From a virus: a DNA stretch of 64,000 bases. The notes under the pieces are model-generated. The model saw only the letters and a program-made list of their open reading frames with translations. It was not told the origin of the DNA and ran no database searches. The position numbers and the translations under genes were made by a program. Below, in pieces: positions 40,693 to 50,846 of this stretch (positions are counted from its first letter, which is position 1; the number at the start of each line of letters is the position of its first letter). The stretch is from IMG/VR virus record IMGVR_UViG_3300027898_000002, positions 1 through 64,000 of that record; one strand, 5' to 3'.

Positions 40693-42228
40693 ATGGCTGC
40701 TGATCCAATCCCGATCATCAAGGCTAAGGACCCGTTTACGGACGGGTCCGGAGGCTGGGGCGCTCCACAACTGAATTACGGCATGAACTTTAAGGACTAC
40801 GGTTCTTATGGTCTGCGTCAATATTCTGGTTGGGTGCGGGAAGAATTCCTTCCGCAGCTTGTCGGGCGACAGGCTGTTACTGTCTACCGCGAAATGCTCG
40901 ACAACTCGAGCACGGTAGGCTCGATGATATTTGCCATAACACAATCCATGCGCAAGGTGGAGTGGCGCGTCGAATCTCCGACTGACAATGCTGCCAAGAA
41001 AGGGCAGAGCGTCCAGAAAGAAGTAGAGTTTGCCGATTCGCTTCGTCTTGATATGTCGCATACCTGGGAGGACTTCGTGTCGGAAGCTCTCTCCATGTTG
41101 GGGTATGGATTTTCGGCGCACGAAATCGTTTACAAGAAACGCCTGGGCAGATCGCCGCCCAGGTCCGACGACAACTCCGGACCAAGCAAAGAAGATACGC
41201 AGCCGGCAAGCGAATACACAGACGGAAGGATAGGCTGGCGGCGCCTGCCGATTCGTGGACAAGACACCATTCTGAAATGGTTCTTCGACCCGAATGGGCA
41301 AATACGCGGTCTGACGCAACAGCCGTGGGTTGGAACACTGCTCGATATCCCGATCGAAAAAATGTTGTTGTTCCGTCCTACGCTGCACAAGAATAACCCC
41401 GAGGGGCGATCGATCCTGCGCACGGCATACAGGTCATACTATTTCGTCAAGCGTCTCGAGGAGCTCGAGTCGATCCTGTTCGAGCGTATGGCTGGATTTC
41501 CGGTCATGTACGTGCCGAGTGAGTTGATGGAGAAGGCAGCAGCCGGCGATCCGGCGGCAAGCATCGCCCTGCGGGCATACAAGAACATCGTCACAAACGC
41601 CCGCGTCGACGAGCAAATGGGAGCTGTGCTGCCAAGCAATACTTACGTGGATGCCGAAGGCAAACCGTCGGCTATCAAGATGTATCAGTTTGAATTGTTG
41701 ACGCCGCAACACGGTCGAAGCGGTGTCGATGTTGACAAGACGATCACGCGTCACAAGATCGATATGCTCATGACGACGTTGTGCGATTTCATCCAGATGG
41801 GTCACGAGGTTCGCGGCACCAACAACCTGGGCACGATGAAAGTGGATATGTTCTATTCGGCGATTGAGGGATGGCTGGACAGCATCAGTTCGGTTCTTAA
41901 TCGATATGCGTTGCCGCGCGTGTGGGAATTGAACGGACTTGACCTAGATACGATGCCACAGTATCGGCCCGACATGCCGCAGCGCCTGGACCTTGACGGC
42001 CTCGGCGCCTTTATCAGCAACATGGCTACGTCTGGCATGCCGTTGTTTCCTGACGAAGAGTTAGAAGCGTATTTGCGTGATGCCAGTGGGTTGCCGGAGA
42101 TCGATGACAAATCTAACCCGGTATCCATAGTTCAGGGCAAGTTGACAAATGATAGTTTGAAAAAAATGATGTTTCGCGCAATGGCGAGACAGATAAGAAA
42201 AAACAAGAGGAGCGATGTCGCGCAGTAA
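40693..42228 (+). CDS. portal protein
   Basis: 511 aa. Located between the terminase region and the MuF-like gene. Assignment is by size and position only. Confidence 0.7.
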   Translation: MAADPIPIIKAKDPFTDGSGGWGAPQLNYGMNFKDYGSYGLRQYSGWVREEFLPQLVGRQAVTVYREMLDNSSTVGSMIFAITQSMRKVEWRVESPTDNAAKKGQSVQKEVEFADSLRLDMSHTWEDFVSEALSMLGYGFSAHEIVYKKRLGRSPPRSDDNSGPSKEDTQPASEYTDGRIGWRRLPIRGQDTILKWFFDPNGQIRGLTQQPWVGTLLDIPIEKMLLFRPTLHKNNPEGRSILRTAYRSYYFVKRLEELESILFERMAGFPVMYVPSELMEKAAAGDPAASIALRAYKNIVTNARVDEQMGAVLPSNTYVDAEGKPSAIKMYQFELLTPQHGRSGVDVDKTITRHKIDMLMTTLCDFIQMGHEVRGTNNLGTMKVDMFYSAIEGWLDSISSVLNRYALPRVWELNGLDLDTMPQYRPDMPQRLDLDGLGAFISNMATSGMPLFPDEELEAYLRDASGLPEIDDKSNPVSIVQGKLTNDSLKKMMFRAMARQIRKNKRSDVAQ

Positions 42229-42243
42229 AGGCAACGCTGGGGA

Positions 42244-42627
42244 ATGAAAATGGTGGAGGTTCCGTTACCATCTGCGGAGAAAATAAAAATGGTTTGTTCT
42301 ACGGCAGCGGCGGTTATAGCAGTTGTAACAGGTTATATAGCGCTGGACGGCCCATTGCCTGCCACGCGTCAATGGGTGCTGGCGCAGAATGATCAGTTGA
42401 AGTCAAGGCTGATTGATAACTCATTACAGACTAATCGTTTGGAGCTGGAATTGTTAAGGCGGGAGCAGTTCGATCGTAAAATAGAAGCTACAGTCGAGCA
42501 GAAGCCGGAAATACAGTCGATTTTGACGGAGCGGTTGAATTCAATATCTGACTCCATCACGGCAACTATTACCAAGAACCAGGAATTGCAGCAGGAGAAA
42601 GCACACCTGTTGTCTGGAGGGAAGTGA
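42244..42627 (+). CDS. TM + coiled-coil protein
   Basis: 127 aa. TM segment STAAAVIAVVTGYIAL followed by a heptad-like region. Sequence is visibly A+T-richer. Confidence 0.6.
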   Translation: MKMVEVPLPSAEKIKMVCSTAAAVIAVVTGYIALDGPLPATRQWVLAQNDQLKSRLIDNSLQTNRLELELLRREQFDRKIEATVEQKPEIQSILTERLNSISDSITATITKNQELQQEKAHLLSGGK

Positions 42628-42632
42628 TCTGA

Positions 42633-43118
42633 ATGTCGGTATCGTCTGCCCCGCAATTGACTTGGACAAATATTGTTGCGACGATAGCCGTTTTTTGTGT
42701 CATGGCAGGTGGTGGTTATAAAATAATAGCGTCTGAATTAGCATTTCAACGTGAGTTAGGTAGAAATGAAGACGATGACTTGAGAAAACAGATTGAGCAG
42801 AATCGGCGTGATATAGAAGCTATTCGAAATTCCTTTTTAACTATACGCGAACACACCGCTTACCAGCACGAACAAACGCTTGTGAATAACGAATTTCGGG
42901 ATCATTTGACAGCGTTGGAACTGGGTCAACGGGAATTGATAGCACATCAGGCACATACCCCTGTGGAATCAAAAGAAGTCGATGTGTTATCGGCATCTAT
43001 TGACAAGCGTTTCGAATCTGAACAGCAACAAATAAACGACATCAACAGGCAGATCGCAGCTTCTATCTTGTTACCGGGGCATCAATTACAGCCACAAAGC
43101 AAAGGAACGTTACCATGA
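42633..43118 (+). CDS. TM + coiled-coil protein
   Basis: 161 aa. TM segment IVATIAVFCVMAGGGY followed by a coiled-coil-like region. Sequence is visibly A+T-richer. Confidence 0.6.
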   Translation: MSVSSAPQLTWTNIVATIAVFCVMAGGGYKIIASELAFQRELGRNEDDDLRKQIEQNRRDIEAIRNSFLTIREHTAYQHEQTLVNNEFRDHLTALELGQRELIAHQAHTPVESKEVDVLSASIDKRFESEQQQINDINRQIAASILLPGHQLQPQSKGTLP

Positions 43119-43495
43119 GTAGCAGGCACAATCGTCGCAAACGTCGGCAAGTCAATGAAATTCCGATGCTGGTCGAACGTGTTCAGAAGATGGAACAGGG
43201 GGCGGCAGATCAGACGCAGAGTGGTGACACTCGCCTGTCTTATGAAGAAGCGAAATGGCCCTACCTGTCTCCCGTCTTTCGCGCAACCCACAACCGCCTA
43301 CGTGTGGCTCGCGGCCTCCCACCGATACCGCCGCCAAAGGTTGATCTCTACGTTGCGCCCAAGGCGCCGTTGATCAAGCCGTTCGATCCGAACGACAAGG
43401 AGTTTATCGCGGCGACGAGGGAATTTCTTGGCGGGACTGTGATGGGCGGTGGTCCCGAGGGATTTACGATCAATGGAGAGTATGTGAAGTTATAG
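43115..43495 (+). CDS. hypothetical protein
   Basis: 126 aa. ATGA overlap. Confidence 0.6.
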   Translation: MSSRHNRRKRRQVNEIPMLVERVQKMEQGAADQTQSGDTRLSYEEAKWPYLSPVFRATHNRLRVARGLPPIPPPKVDLYVAPKAPLIKPFDPNDKEFIAATREFLGGTVMGGGPEGFTINGEYVKL

Positions 43496-43520
43496 TTGTC
43501 AACTGAAAGAGCAAAATCCG

Positions 43521-43916
43521 ATGATGAATCCAGCCGCCACACAGTCTCCGCAATCGCAGGCGATCTATGTCGCCAACAGCTACTTGGCGTTGGCGGAACA
43601 ATTGATGACGATGCACGACCAACTCACGGAGCTGGCGTTGCAATGGACTGACGACAACGTTGTGAATACGTTGGCTCAGCTGCACACTGTTAGCATACAG
43701 CTTGATGGATCGTTGGCCACCATCGGCGATAGCTCTCCGATTCAAACCAACCCGATCAATCCGCAGGTGTATCAGACGCTGACGCGTCCTGTAAGCACGC
43801 TTCAGATTACCCAGATCAAAACCGTGCTGGATGGCATCGTATCATATGTCAACGGATCGGCAGTCACGACACAGCCGGGGGCACACGCCATCCTCAACGC
43901 CGTTATCGGGGGGTAG
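43521..43916 (+). CDS. hypothetical protein
   Basis: 131 aa. Confidence 0.6.
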   Translation: MMNPAATQSPQSQAIYVANSYLALAEQLMTMHDQLTELALQWTDDNVVNTLAQLHTVSIQLDGSLATIGDSSPIQTNPINPQVYQTLTRPVSTLQITQIKTVLDGIVSYVNGSAVTTQPGAHAILNAVIGG

Positions 43917-43918
43917 AA

Positions 43919-44050
43919 ATGAGATCGTTTGTTATATTAGTGGGCGGAACTGCTGTCGGATTCTGTGGCGGTTTCGTATACGGCGACTGGCATGCAGTAT
44001 CGTTTCTTGCCAGTGTATTGCTTGATTTTGCTGGGTTATCACATCACTGA
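43919..44050 (+). CDS. possible 43-aa membrane peptide
   Basis: MRSFVILVGGTAVGFCGGFVYGDWHAVSFLASVLLDFAGLSHH. Below the track cutoff. Confidence 0.35.
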   Translation: MRSFVILVGGTAVGFCGGFVYGDWHAVSFLASVLLDFAGLSHH

Positions 44051-44067
44051 AACAGGAGTTCCAAAAC

Positions 44068-44661
44068 ATGACTGACGACGCCAAGAAGAAGCGACACAGT
44101 GTTCCCCACATCATGACCGCCGCGCCGGTCGATCCTTACGTCGGCGTCGTGCCGTCGAGCCCGAAGGCGCGAACCTGGGAGCCGCCCTATACGCACATTC
44201 AGGTCATCGATTTCCTTTCCGTGTCCACGGAGCCGGTCGACGATGGCAATTGGGCGGTTACTGTCGTGCTCGATAACGAGAAAGACGCCGAGCTTTTTCA
44301 CAATGCCATCGCCGGCAAGCTCGTTCGCCTCGCGGGCGACCCCGTTACGGATGTCAACGGCGCCCCTGTGATCGATGCCAATACCGGCCGGCAGAAGATG
44401 CGGAACGTGCGCCGGGTGGCTATCGACGACTCGACCAATCACCCGCACCTCGATCCGGTCTCCGGCCACGCAATGACCGTTGTACCACCGCTCGAGCCGG
44501 TCGCCGAGGCTGATGCCGTCATGCCGGAAGGCTATGTCGACGATGACGACGACAACGACGACGAAAGCGAGAGCGTCGCGGAAGCGGGCGGGGCGCCGGT
44601 TGCGGCTCCCAGGAAAACCAAAGCCGAGAAAGCCGCGGAGAAAGCGTCTGCCGGCTCCTGA
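44068..44661 (+). CDS. hypothetical protein with poly-acidic C-terminal region
   Basis: 197 aa. GYVDDDDDNDDESES tract. AGGAG upstream. Confidence 0.6.
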   Translation: MTDDAKKKRHSVPHIMTAAPVDPYVGVVPSSPKARTWEPPYTHIQVIDFLSVSTEPVDDGNWAVTVVLDNEKDAELFHNAIAGKLVRLAGDPVTDVNGAPVIDANTGRQKMRNVRRVAIDDSTNHPHLDPVSGHAMTVVPPLEPVAEADAVMPEGYVDDDDDNDDESESVAEAGGAPVAAPRKTKAEKAAEKASAGS

Positions 44662-44841
44662 GAACTTTCCTTTGTGAGGTTGTGGCTGGGCAAAACCCCT
44701 GCCACAACTAAACAGTTTAGAAAGCCACCGATGAAATTCTTTTGCGAATGCATAAAAGACGCCGGGGTGAAGTCCGTGCATTCAGTCACGGCCATCGGCA
44801 ACGCTACGCGGGATCGAAAACGGCGCGAAGCGAATACTACC

Positions 44842-46170
44842 ATGTCACGGGCTACTCAAGCCGTGTCGACAAAGGACCCGGATTCCTACGCGCTCGACGA
44901 AGAGGACCCGCCGGACATCGTACACGGCAGCAAAGCGTGGTCGATCCCCCTGGACATCAAGAAGGCCGAACCAGACAAGCAGTTGATATTCGGCTGGGCA
45001 AGTGTCGTCGAGAAAGACGGTGTGGCCATTATCGACAAGCAGGGCGACGTGATCGCCGTGGATGATCTGGAGAACGCAGCTTACGTGTACGTCATGGAAT
45101 CGCGGACCCACGGCGATATGCACAACGCCACGTATATGGCCAAGATGGTCGAGTCCATGGTGTTCACCAAGGAAAAGCAAGAAGCTCTCGGTATCGACCT
45201 CGGTCAAGTCGGTTGGTGGGTTGGCTTCAAAGTCGACAATCCCGAGCTATGGGATGCCCACAAGCGCGGAGAGCGTCCCGAGTTTAGCATCGGCGGTGCC
45301 GCTGTTCCCGTCGATCTAGTCGAGAAGAAGGGAGGGGGGCGTCGTTGGTCGCGCCACCCTTTTGAGTCAGGCGCGGCTAGCACCGCGCACCACGTTCTGT
45401 CTAGAATGTTGGCTCACCAACAACACAAGCTGTTACACGAATATTCCAGTAATAGCATGGTCAAGGCCAGCGACAACAAGGTCGACCGTATTGTTCGTGT
45501 AGTCGATCAAGACGACATTGTATTGCAGAATGCTACAAATCGCTTGGTGGAAACTCTGACGCGAGCGGCACAACGAACCGGTTCCAAGGCAGCCGAATCG
45601 ATGGTTGGAAATCCAAAGGGTTTGCTGCGTCCGGAAGAGCAAGCCAGATTGCGCGCAATGCATAATACGTTGTCCGAGAATGTCGACTTCTGGGCAAAGA
45701 AATACGGAAAGGGCAGAGCAGCTGAGTTGGTCGGGCGCATGTACGATAAATCCGGGAAGCTTGTGGTCAATCAAAACGCAGAATGGAATATCAACGCGAC
45801 CACCAACGAGGTTGCCACTCGATTGGTGACTGAAGCTCTGGAAAATAATTGGAATGTAGGCAAGTTGTCCGACGCTCTTACGGCCAGCAAATTGTTTACT
45901 CCGGATCGCGCGGAAATGATTGCGCGAACGGAAATTAGCAGGGCGCAGAATTTGGCGATGTTACGCGCCGGTTACGAGTACAATCGACTTGCCAGGAAGA
46001 ATCACAAGAAACGTGTCAGGAAGATTTGGTTACTTGGACCGAATCCGTGCCCGATATGCGAAGAGAACGGCGGAGAAGTTCTTACACTTGGCAGAGAATA
46101 CAGTAGTGGAGATTTTGCCCCTCCGGTACATCCAAACTGTATGTGTGAGCTCGAATTGATTGAGGAATAA
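44842..46170 (+). CDS. XkdF-like N-domain fused to a MuF/SPP1 gp7-like head morphogenesis domain
   Basis: Start uncertain (ATG 44842 chosen; ATG 44731 also in frame). LIFGWASVVEKDGVAIIDKQGDVIAVDDLENAAYVYV...HGDMH is XkdF-like. The C-terminal PPVHPNCMCEL is the MuF/gp7 signature. Confidence 0.7.
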   Translation: MSRATQAVSTKDPDSYALDEEDPPDIVHGSKAWSIPLDIKKAEPDKQLIFGWASVVEKDGVAIIDKQGDVIAVDDLENAAYVYVMESRTHGDMHNATYMAKMVESMVFTKEKQEALGIDLGQVGWWVGFKVDNPELWDAHKRGERPEFSIGGAAVPVDLVEKKGGGRRWSRHPFESGAASTAHHVLSRMLAHQQHKLLHEYSSNSMVKASDNKVDRIVRVVDQDDIVLQNATNRLVETLTRAAQRTGSKAAESMVGNPKGLLRPEEQARLRAMHNTLSENVDFWAKKYGKGRAAELVGRMYDKSGKLVVNQNAEWNINATTNEVATRLVTEALENNWNVGKLSDALTASKLFTPDRAEMIARTEISRAQNLAMLRAGYEYNRLARKNHKKRVRKIWLLGPNPCPICEENGGEVLTLGREYSSGDFAPPVHPNCMCELELIEE

Positions 46171-46172
46171 AA

Positions 46173-47291
46173 ATGGCCAAGCTGTTGACGCGACTTCGTA
46201 TTGACGAGGTTTCCAGTGTGGATCGCGGCGCCGGGGAAGGTGTCAAGATCATGTTGATGAAAAGGAATGGCAACGTGGCGAACAAATTCGGCAGCATGTT
46301 TTCGAAAATCTTTGGTGGCGGCGAGGATAACACCGTTATCATCGACAAGTCAGTTCATGGACTGGCTGAGTCCGTTACTTCGATATTGTCCGATGACAAT
46401 GTGGAAGATACTGCGAAGGCCGCAGCACTGTCCAAGACGTTCGAGCAGTTCGGCGACCATCTGAAATCGACCCTGACTGTGGGTTCAACAGTCGTAAAGA
46501 CAGGGGAGTCCGAGATGGACCTCAAAGCACTGGCCAAGGCATTCGGCCTGCCCGAAACGGCGACCGAAGCGGAAGTTACCACGGCGATCGGCAAGAGCGT
46601 CGCGATCAATAAGGCGGCTGCCGATGCCGTTGTCGAGATGAAGAAGATGCAGCGGGAACTGCGTGTCGCCAAGGCCGAATTCACTGCCGCCGAGCTGGAC
46701 TACTACAACAAGGCCAGCGAGTACGACGAGGAAGAAGACGATTCGGACCCGAAGCTGACCGCTGACGACAAGGCCGGCAAGAAGCGCAAGAAGGCCTTCC
46801 GCGAGGCTACGCACGCCCAGCGCGCCGATATTCTCAAGGCCGCGGCGCCGGCTTTGCCCCCCGAGATTCAGCAGATTCTCGATCAAAACAAGGCAATGGC
46901 CAAGCGCATCGAAGACCTGGAATCCGGCGGCAGCATGGCCGTTCTCACCAAGCGGGCAACCGAGCTTGGTTTGGCCGAGTCCGAAGCCGAGACGCTGGCC
47001 AAGGTCCGCAAGGGCGATCTGGCGGCGATCGAAAAACTCGAGGGCTATCTCAAGTCTGCGACGGCGCAAGCCAAGGCGGGCGGGTTGTTCAAGGAGTTCG
47101 GTTCCAGAATCGGCGATAGCCTCGGTGGCACGACTGCCCAGGATGAGCTGAATGAGCTGGCCAAGAAGCGATTGGCGGCGGAACCGGCACTGGGCACGTT
47201 TGCCAAGGCGTTTGCCAAGGTCTACGAGGACCCGGCGAATGCCGAGATCGTCAAGCGGGAGCGCACCGAGAATCGTCCGCAGGTTGCGTAG
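46173..47291 (+). CDS. scaffolding protein candidate
   Basis: 372 aa, Ala/Glu/Lys-rich and helical. Positioned before the decoration and capsid genes. Confidence 0.65.
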   Translation: MAKLLTRLRIDEVSSVDRGAGEGVKIMLMKRNGNVANKFGSMFSKIFGGGEDNTVIIDKSVHGLAESVTSILSDDNVEDTAKAAALSKTFEQFGDHLKSTLTVGSTVVKTGESEMDLKALAKAFGLPETATEAEVTTAIGKSVAINKAAADAVVEMKKMQRELRVAKAEFTAAELDYYNKASEYDEEEDDSDPKLTADDKAGKKRKKAFREATHAQRADILKAAAPALPPEIQQILDQNKAMAKRIEDLESGGSMAVLTKRATELGLAESEAETLAKVRKGDLAAIEKLEGYLKSATAQAKAGGLFKEFGSRIGDSLGGTTAQDELNELAKKRLAAEPALGTFAKAFAKVYEDPANAEIVKRERTENRPQVA

Positions 47292-47339
47292 CGATCTGCG
47301 TTGTTTTTTATTACCAACAACTGAAAGGGAGCCAATCTA

Positions 47340-47765
47340 ATGGCAATCGACACTCCACTTCTCCACGACGGCACGCAAATGATTGCGGCGGCGAACTACT
47401 ACAATCCGGCTGTTCCGTTGGCGGGTCCGGGCGGGTCCGGGCAGTTCCTCGGCGTCGTGATTTCAGCAAGCCGTACTATCTCGATTCAGACTTCCCCGGG
47501 CGGCCAAATCTATGGTGTGTTGCAGAACACACCACTCGCACTGAATGACGCCGCCGACATCGGTCTCCTCGGAATCACCAAGATGGTGGCTGGGGCGTCG
47601 ATCACCGCCGGGGCGGAATTGATGATGGACGCCTCCGGGCGTTTCATTACCTGGGTTGCCGGCGCGGGCAATTTCAAGGTTGGTATGGCAATCGAGACCA
47701 TCGCGGCTGCCAACGGCATTTTCACTGGCCTGATCTACAACCCGAATTACAAGGTCGTGACGTAA
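47340..47765 (+). CDS. DUF2190-like head decoration protein candidate
   Basis: 141 aa. GVLQNTP...GDAADIGLLGITKMVAG..ITAGAELM.DASGR pattern. Directly upstream of the capsid gene. Confidence 0.6.
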   Translation: MAIDTPLLHDGTQMIAAANYYNPAVPLAGPGGSGQFLGVVISASRTISIQTSPGGQIYGVLQNTPLALNDAADIGLLGITKMVAGASITAGAELMMDASGRFITWVAGAGNFKVGMAIETIAAANGIFTGLIYNPNYKVVT

Positions 47766-47821
47766 CAGCGCCGTTATTCTACCTGCTGTTTTTTCCAAAT
47801 AGGCATTGAAAGGAAAGAAAA

Positions 47822-48835
47822 ATGCCGCAACCAACCGTTTTGCAGGTCCACGTACAGGCGGCGCTGACGCAAATCGCCACCGCCTATATTCAGGACGAAA
47901 AGAACTACGTGGCCGAACAGGTGTTTCCCCTCGTGCCGGTCGAATTTCAATCCGACAAATACTTCGTCTTCTCGAAAGACGACTTCTATCGGGACGAAGC
48001 GCAGCGTCGGGCTGATGCGGTCGAATCGGCGGGCGGTGGGTTCAATCTGAATCCGAACAACACCTACAGCGCCGATGTCTGGGCGTACCATAAAGACCTC
48101 GGCGGGCAGACGCGACGCAACGCCGATCCGGCTGTCAATATGGACGTGGCGACCACCAAGTTCGTCATGCAGAAGCTTCTCATTCGCCGAGATCGCTTCT
48201 TCATGCAGCAATACATGGTCAACAGCGTGTGGTCGGCGGATTACGTCGGCACTGCCGGCGGCACACCGGGGGGCACGACTCCGGCGTACTGGAATGACGA
48301 TGCCAATGGTGATCCGTTCACGGACATTGCCAATGCGCAGACCACGATTCTGCAGAATACCGGATTCGAGGCCAACACGTTGCTGAAGGCTTTCCCGGTG
48401 TATCAGGGTCTCCGCAAGCATCCGCTCGTCGTCGATCGCATCAAGTACACGACACGTGCGGACGCCTCCAAGATCACCCCGGAGCTGCTGGCTTCGGCCT
48501 TCGATGTCGAGCGGGTCATCGTATCCAAGGCGGTCTACAATTCCGCTCCGGAGTCGACGACGATAACCGGTTCAGTCGGCACGTACAGCTTCATCGCCAG
48601 CAAGGATGCGCTGCTGTGTCACAGCGCCCCGTCGCCTGGATTGATGATTCCAACAGCCGGCTATGTGTTCGCGTGGTCCGGTTTGACCGGACTCAACACC
48701 ATCGGCGTTCGTATTGCACAAATCCCGATGCCGTGGCTTGGACTGGAGACCGTGCGCACCGAAGGCGAAATGGCTTTCGACATGCAGGTCGTCGGCAAAG
48801 ACCTCGGCATTCGTTTTGCTGGCATTGTGCAGTAA
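47822..48835 (+). CDS. major capsid protein (HK97-fold, protein E-like)
   Basis: 337 aa. Assigned by position after the scaffold and decoration genes, and by the N-terminal LTQIATAYIQDEKNYVAEQVFPLVPV pattern of E-like capsid proteins. Confidence 0.8.
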   Translation: MPQPTVLQVHVQAALTQIATAYIQDEKNYVAEQVFPLVPVEFQSDKYFVFSKDDFYRDEAQRRADAVESAGGGFNLNPNNTYSADVWAYHKDLGGQTRRNADPAVNMDVATTKFVMQKLLIRRDRFFMQQYMVNSVWSADYVGTAGGTPGGTTPAYWNDDANGDPFTDIANAQTTILQNTGFEANTLLKAFPVYQGLRKHPLVVDRIKYTTRADASKITPELLASAFDVERVIVSKAVYNSAPESTTITGSVGTYSFIASKDALLCHSAPSPGLMIPTAGYVFAWSGLTGLNTIGVRIAQIPMPWLGLETVRTEGEMAFDMQVVGKDLGIRFAGIVQ

Positions 48836-48848
48836 GGGAGCATCGAGC

Positions 48849-49070
48849 ATGTCGTTGACGGAAGACAGAGCAAATAATCGCGTTGCCAACGTGAAAACAA
48901 TGGCAGCGCGCATCGCCGCGTTTGGCGAGGGTCATTCGGTGCGTGAATTTATGGATGCCCTTGCTTTGGCTTCCGGCAGCATGTTGCTCGCTGCCTATCA
49001 TCCCGGTAGAGGTCGCGAGGTGGCACTGAGCCGCTTCCTCGACGAGTTGCAACGAACTGTTACCAAGTGA
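48849..49070 (+). CDS. hypothetical protein
   Basis: Start set at ATG 48849 (GGGAG upstream). 73 aa. Confidence 0.5.
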   Translation: MSLTEDRANNRVANVKTMAARIAAFGEGHSVREFMDALALASGSMLLAAYHPGRGREVALSRFLDELQRTVTK

Positions 49071-49079
49071 GATTGGAGA

Positions 49080-49391
49080 TTGACCATGTTGGATATTGCA
49101 GATTCGGAAATCGGTGGGGCAAGAGTGCGGAGAACATTTACGTTCGGGGAAAGGCGCCTCCGCGCAGGTGACGTTCTCGAAGCCGCGGAAGTCATGGCGA
49201 TTGCCAAGGCGAATCGTCGAGCTCTGATCGACGCCAATTATATCAATATCTACCCAAAGGCTCCTGCGCAGCCGCCCGGCGATCTGTTTATCGTCGGAAT
49301 CGGGAAAGACAAGTTCAACGTTATCGAAGGCAGGACGATCAACGACAAGCCGCTGACGCGCGAGCAAGCGGAAGAACTGATCAAGCGTTAA
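49080..49391 (+). CDS. hypothetical protein
   Basis: 103 aa. Start codon uncertain by a few codons. Confidence 0.55.
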   Translation: MTMLDIADSEIGGARVRRTFTFGERRLRAGDVLEAAEVMAIAKANRRALIDANYINIYPKAPAQPPGDLFIVGIGKDKFNVIEGRTINDKPLTREQAEELIKR

Positions 49392-49431
49392 AACGTTGCC
49401 CCCTTAGAATCAAAAACAAAGGAGACTTCCT

Positions 49432-49902
49432 ATGGCGTCAGGTTTTATGCAGAGATTCAAAGGCAAGATTGCCGCGGCGCAGCTCTGGGTTACAAAAGGG
49501 CAGGTGTATGACGCGGCCAGCGGAATATCCGGTTCGATGCAACTCATAGCTCGTATACCGCTTCCTGTCACAGCCGTGGCGACGACTGATTATCACATCG
49601 CACTTCCACCCGGCGCCACGGTCCTGTCAGCCGCCGTCTATACCACGACAGCCTACGGTGCCGTTACAGACGCCAAAGTATCGATCGGTGCCACAGACGG
49701 CGGGCAGGATTACGTGGCGCAGACATCGGTTAAGGCTGTGGGCATCGTCCAATTGACGCTCCTCGGGGCGGCTCCCGGGGCGGCAAACCTGTCCTCTGCG
49801 CCAGCGTTGGCGTCAGGATGGAACTTCTCCGCTCGTATCACTCAGTCCGGTGGCAACTCCGCCGTCGGCGCTGCGATTTTGGAAATCGAATACGCGCCGT
49901 AA
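49432..49902 (+). CDS. hypothetical virion protein (beta-rich)
   Basis: 156 aa. AAGGAGA upstream. Confidence 0.6.
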   Translation: MASGFMQRFKGKIAAAQLWVTKGQVYDAASGISGSMQLIARIPLPVTAVATTDYHIALPPGATVLSAAVYTTTAYGAVTDAKVSIGATDGGQDYVAQTSVKAVGIVQLTLLGAAPGAANLSSAPALASGWNFSARITQSGGNSAVGAAILEIEYAP

Positions 49903-49914
49903 GGAGTTTGTGCC

Positions 49915-50364
49915 ATGATGATTTTGAACGCCACGATCGGGGCAGCCGGAACTTTTAACGGCTCTCCGTTTCAAATACGCACAGGACCCGTATCGCATAC
50001 GCCTATTGTCCTGGGCTCGCAGAAATTTTTCACTTACGGCGCCGGGGGAACGTCTGTCGATACGTTTCTTCAGACATCACTGGACGGCGGGGGGACCTGG
50101 GCGGATGTCGTTCATTGGGCGCAGAATCTCTTGGCCAGCGATGCCCGCCCGTTCGCAGCCACGGTTTCCGCCACCATGCTTGCTTCTCCGGCAGCCCCAA
50201 TTGCCACCACAGATGGAACTTCAACGGTGAATACTACCGTGTTTGGAGTATTCGGTATGTGGTGGAGAGCAAAATATATCGTCGCCGGAACATACACTGG
50301 ACTGACGACGTTGCGCGTCGATGTTGAAATTCCCGGTCTCGTACCTGCTGGCTTGGGAGCCTGA
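49915..50364 (+). CDS. hypothetical virion protein with one Asp-box (SLDGGGTW)
   Basis: 149 aa. Confidence 0.6.
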   Translation: MMILNATIGAAGTFNGSPFQIRTGPVSHTPIVLGSQKFFTYGAGGTSVDTFLQTSLDGGGTWADVVHWAQNLLASDARPFAATVSATMLASPAAPIATTDGTSTVNTTVFGVFGMWWRAKYIVAGTYTGLTTLRVDVEIPGLVPAGLGA

Positions 50365-50369
50365 ATGTC

Positions 50370-50846
50370 ATGACGTGGAGCTACAATGCGAGTCTTCTGC
50401 TCCAAGGCTCTGCGAAAGACATCGTGCGGCTGCTGATTGGCGACGTAGTGTCGACCGATCAGCAGATGCAGGACGAAGAGATATCTTACCTCGCCAGCAC
50501 AAGAGGCACTGTTTACGGAGCAGCCGCCGAGTGTTGTCGATCGTTGGCGAACAAGTATGCCCGCTCGGTAGATCAGCAAGCCGGCACGTCCAAAACGGCA
50601 TATTCCCAGATGTCGAAAGCCTACGCTGCGGCCGCGCTACGCTTCGAAAACAAAGCAGTTCTTAGCGGGGCGGCGTTGCCTTACGCCGGAGGAATTTCGG
50701 TATCCGACAAGCAACTTCAGGATTTCAATAACGACAGAGTACAACCGCAGTTCGCGTTGGGAATGACCGATAATTATTTGCCCGAGCCATCTAGCGGACA
50801 CGAAACTATTGAAGTGTTTGCAGGCACCGGGATGCCCAACCCATGA
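50370..50846 (+). CDS. head-tail connector/adaptor candidate
   Basis: 158 aa. DIVRLLIGDVVSTDQQMQDEEISYL pattern resembles gp6-like adaptors. Confidence 0.55.
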   Translation: MTWSYNASLLLQGSAKDIVRLLIGDVVSTDQQMQDEEISYLASTRGTVYGAAAECCRSLANKYARSVDQQAGTSKTAYSQMSKAYAAAALRFENKAVLSGAALPYAGGISVSDKQLQDFNNDRVQPQFALGMTDNYLPEPSSGHETIEVFAGTGMPNP

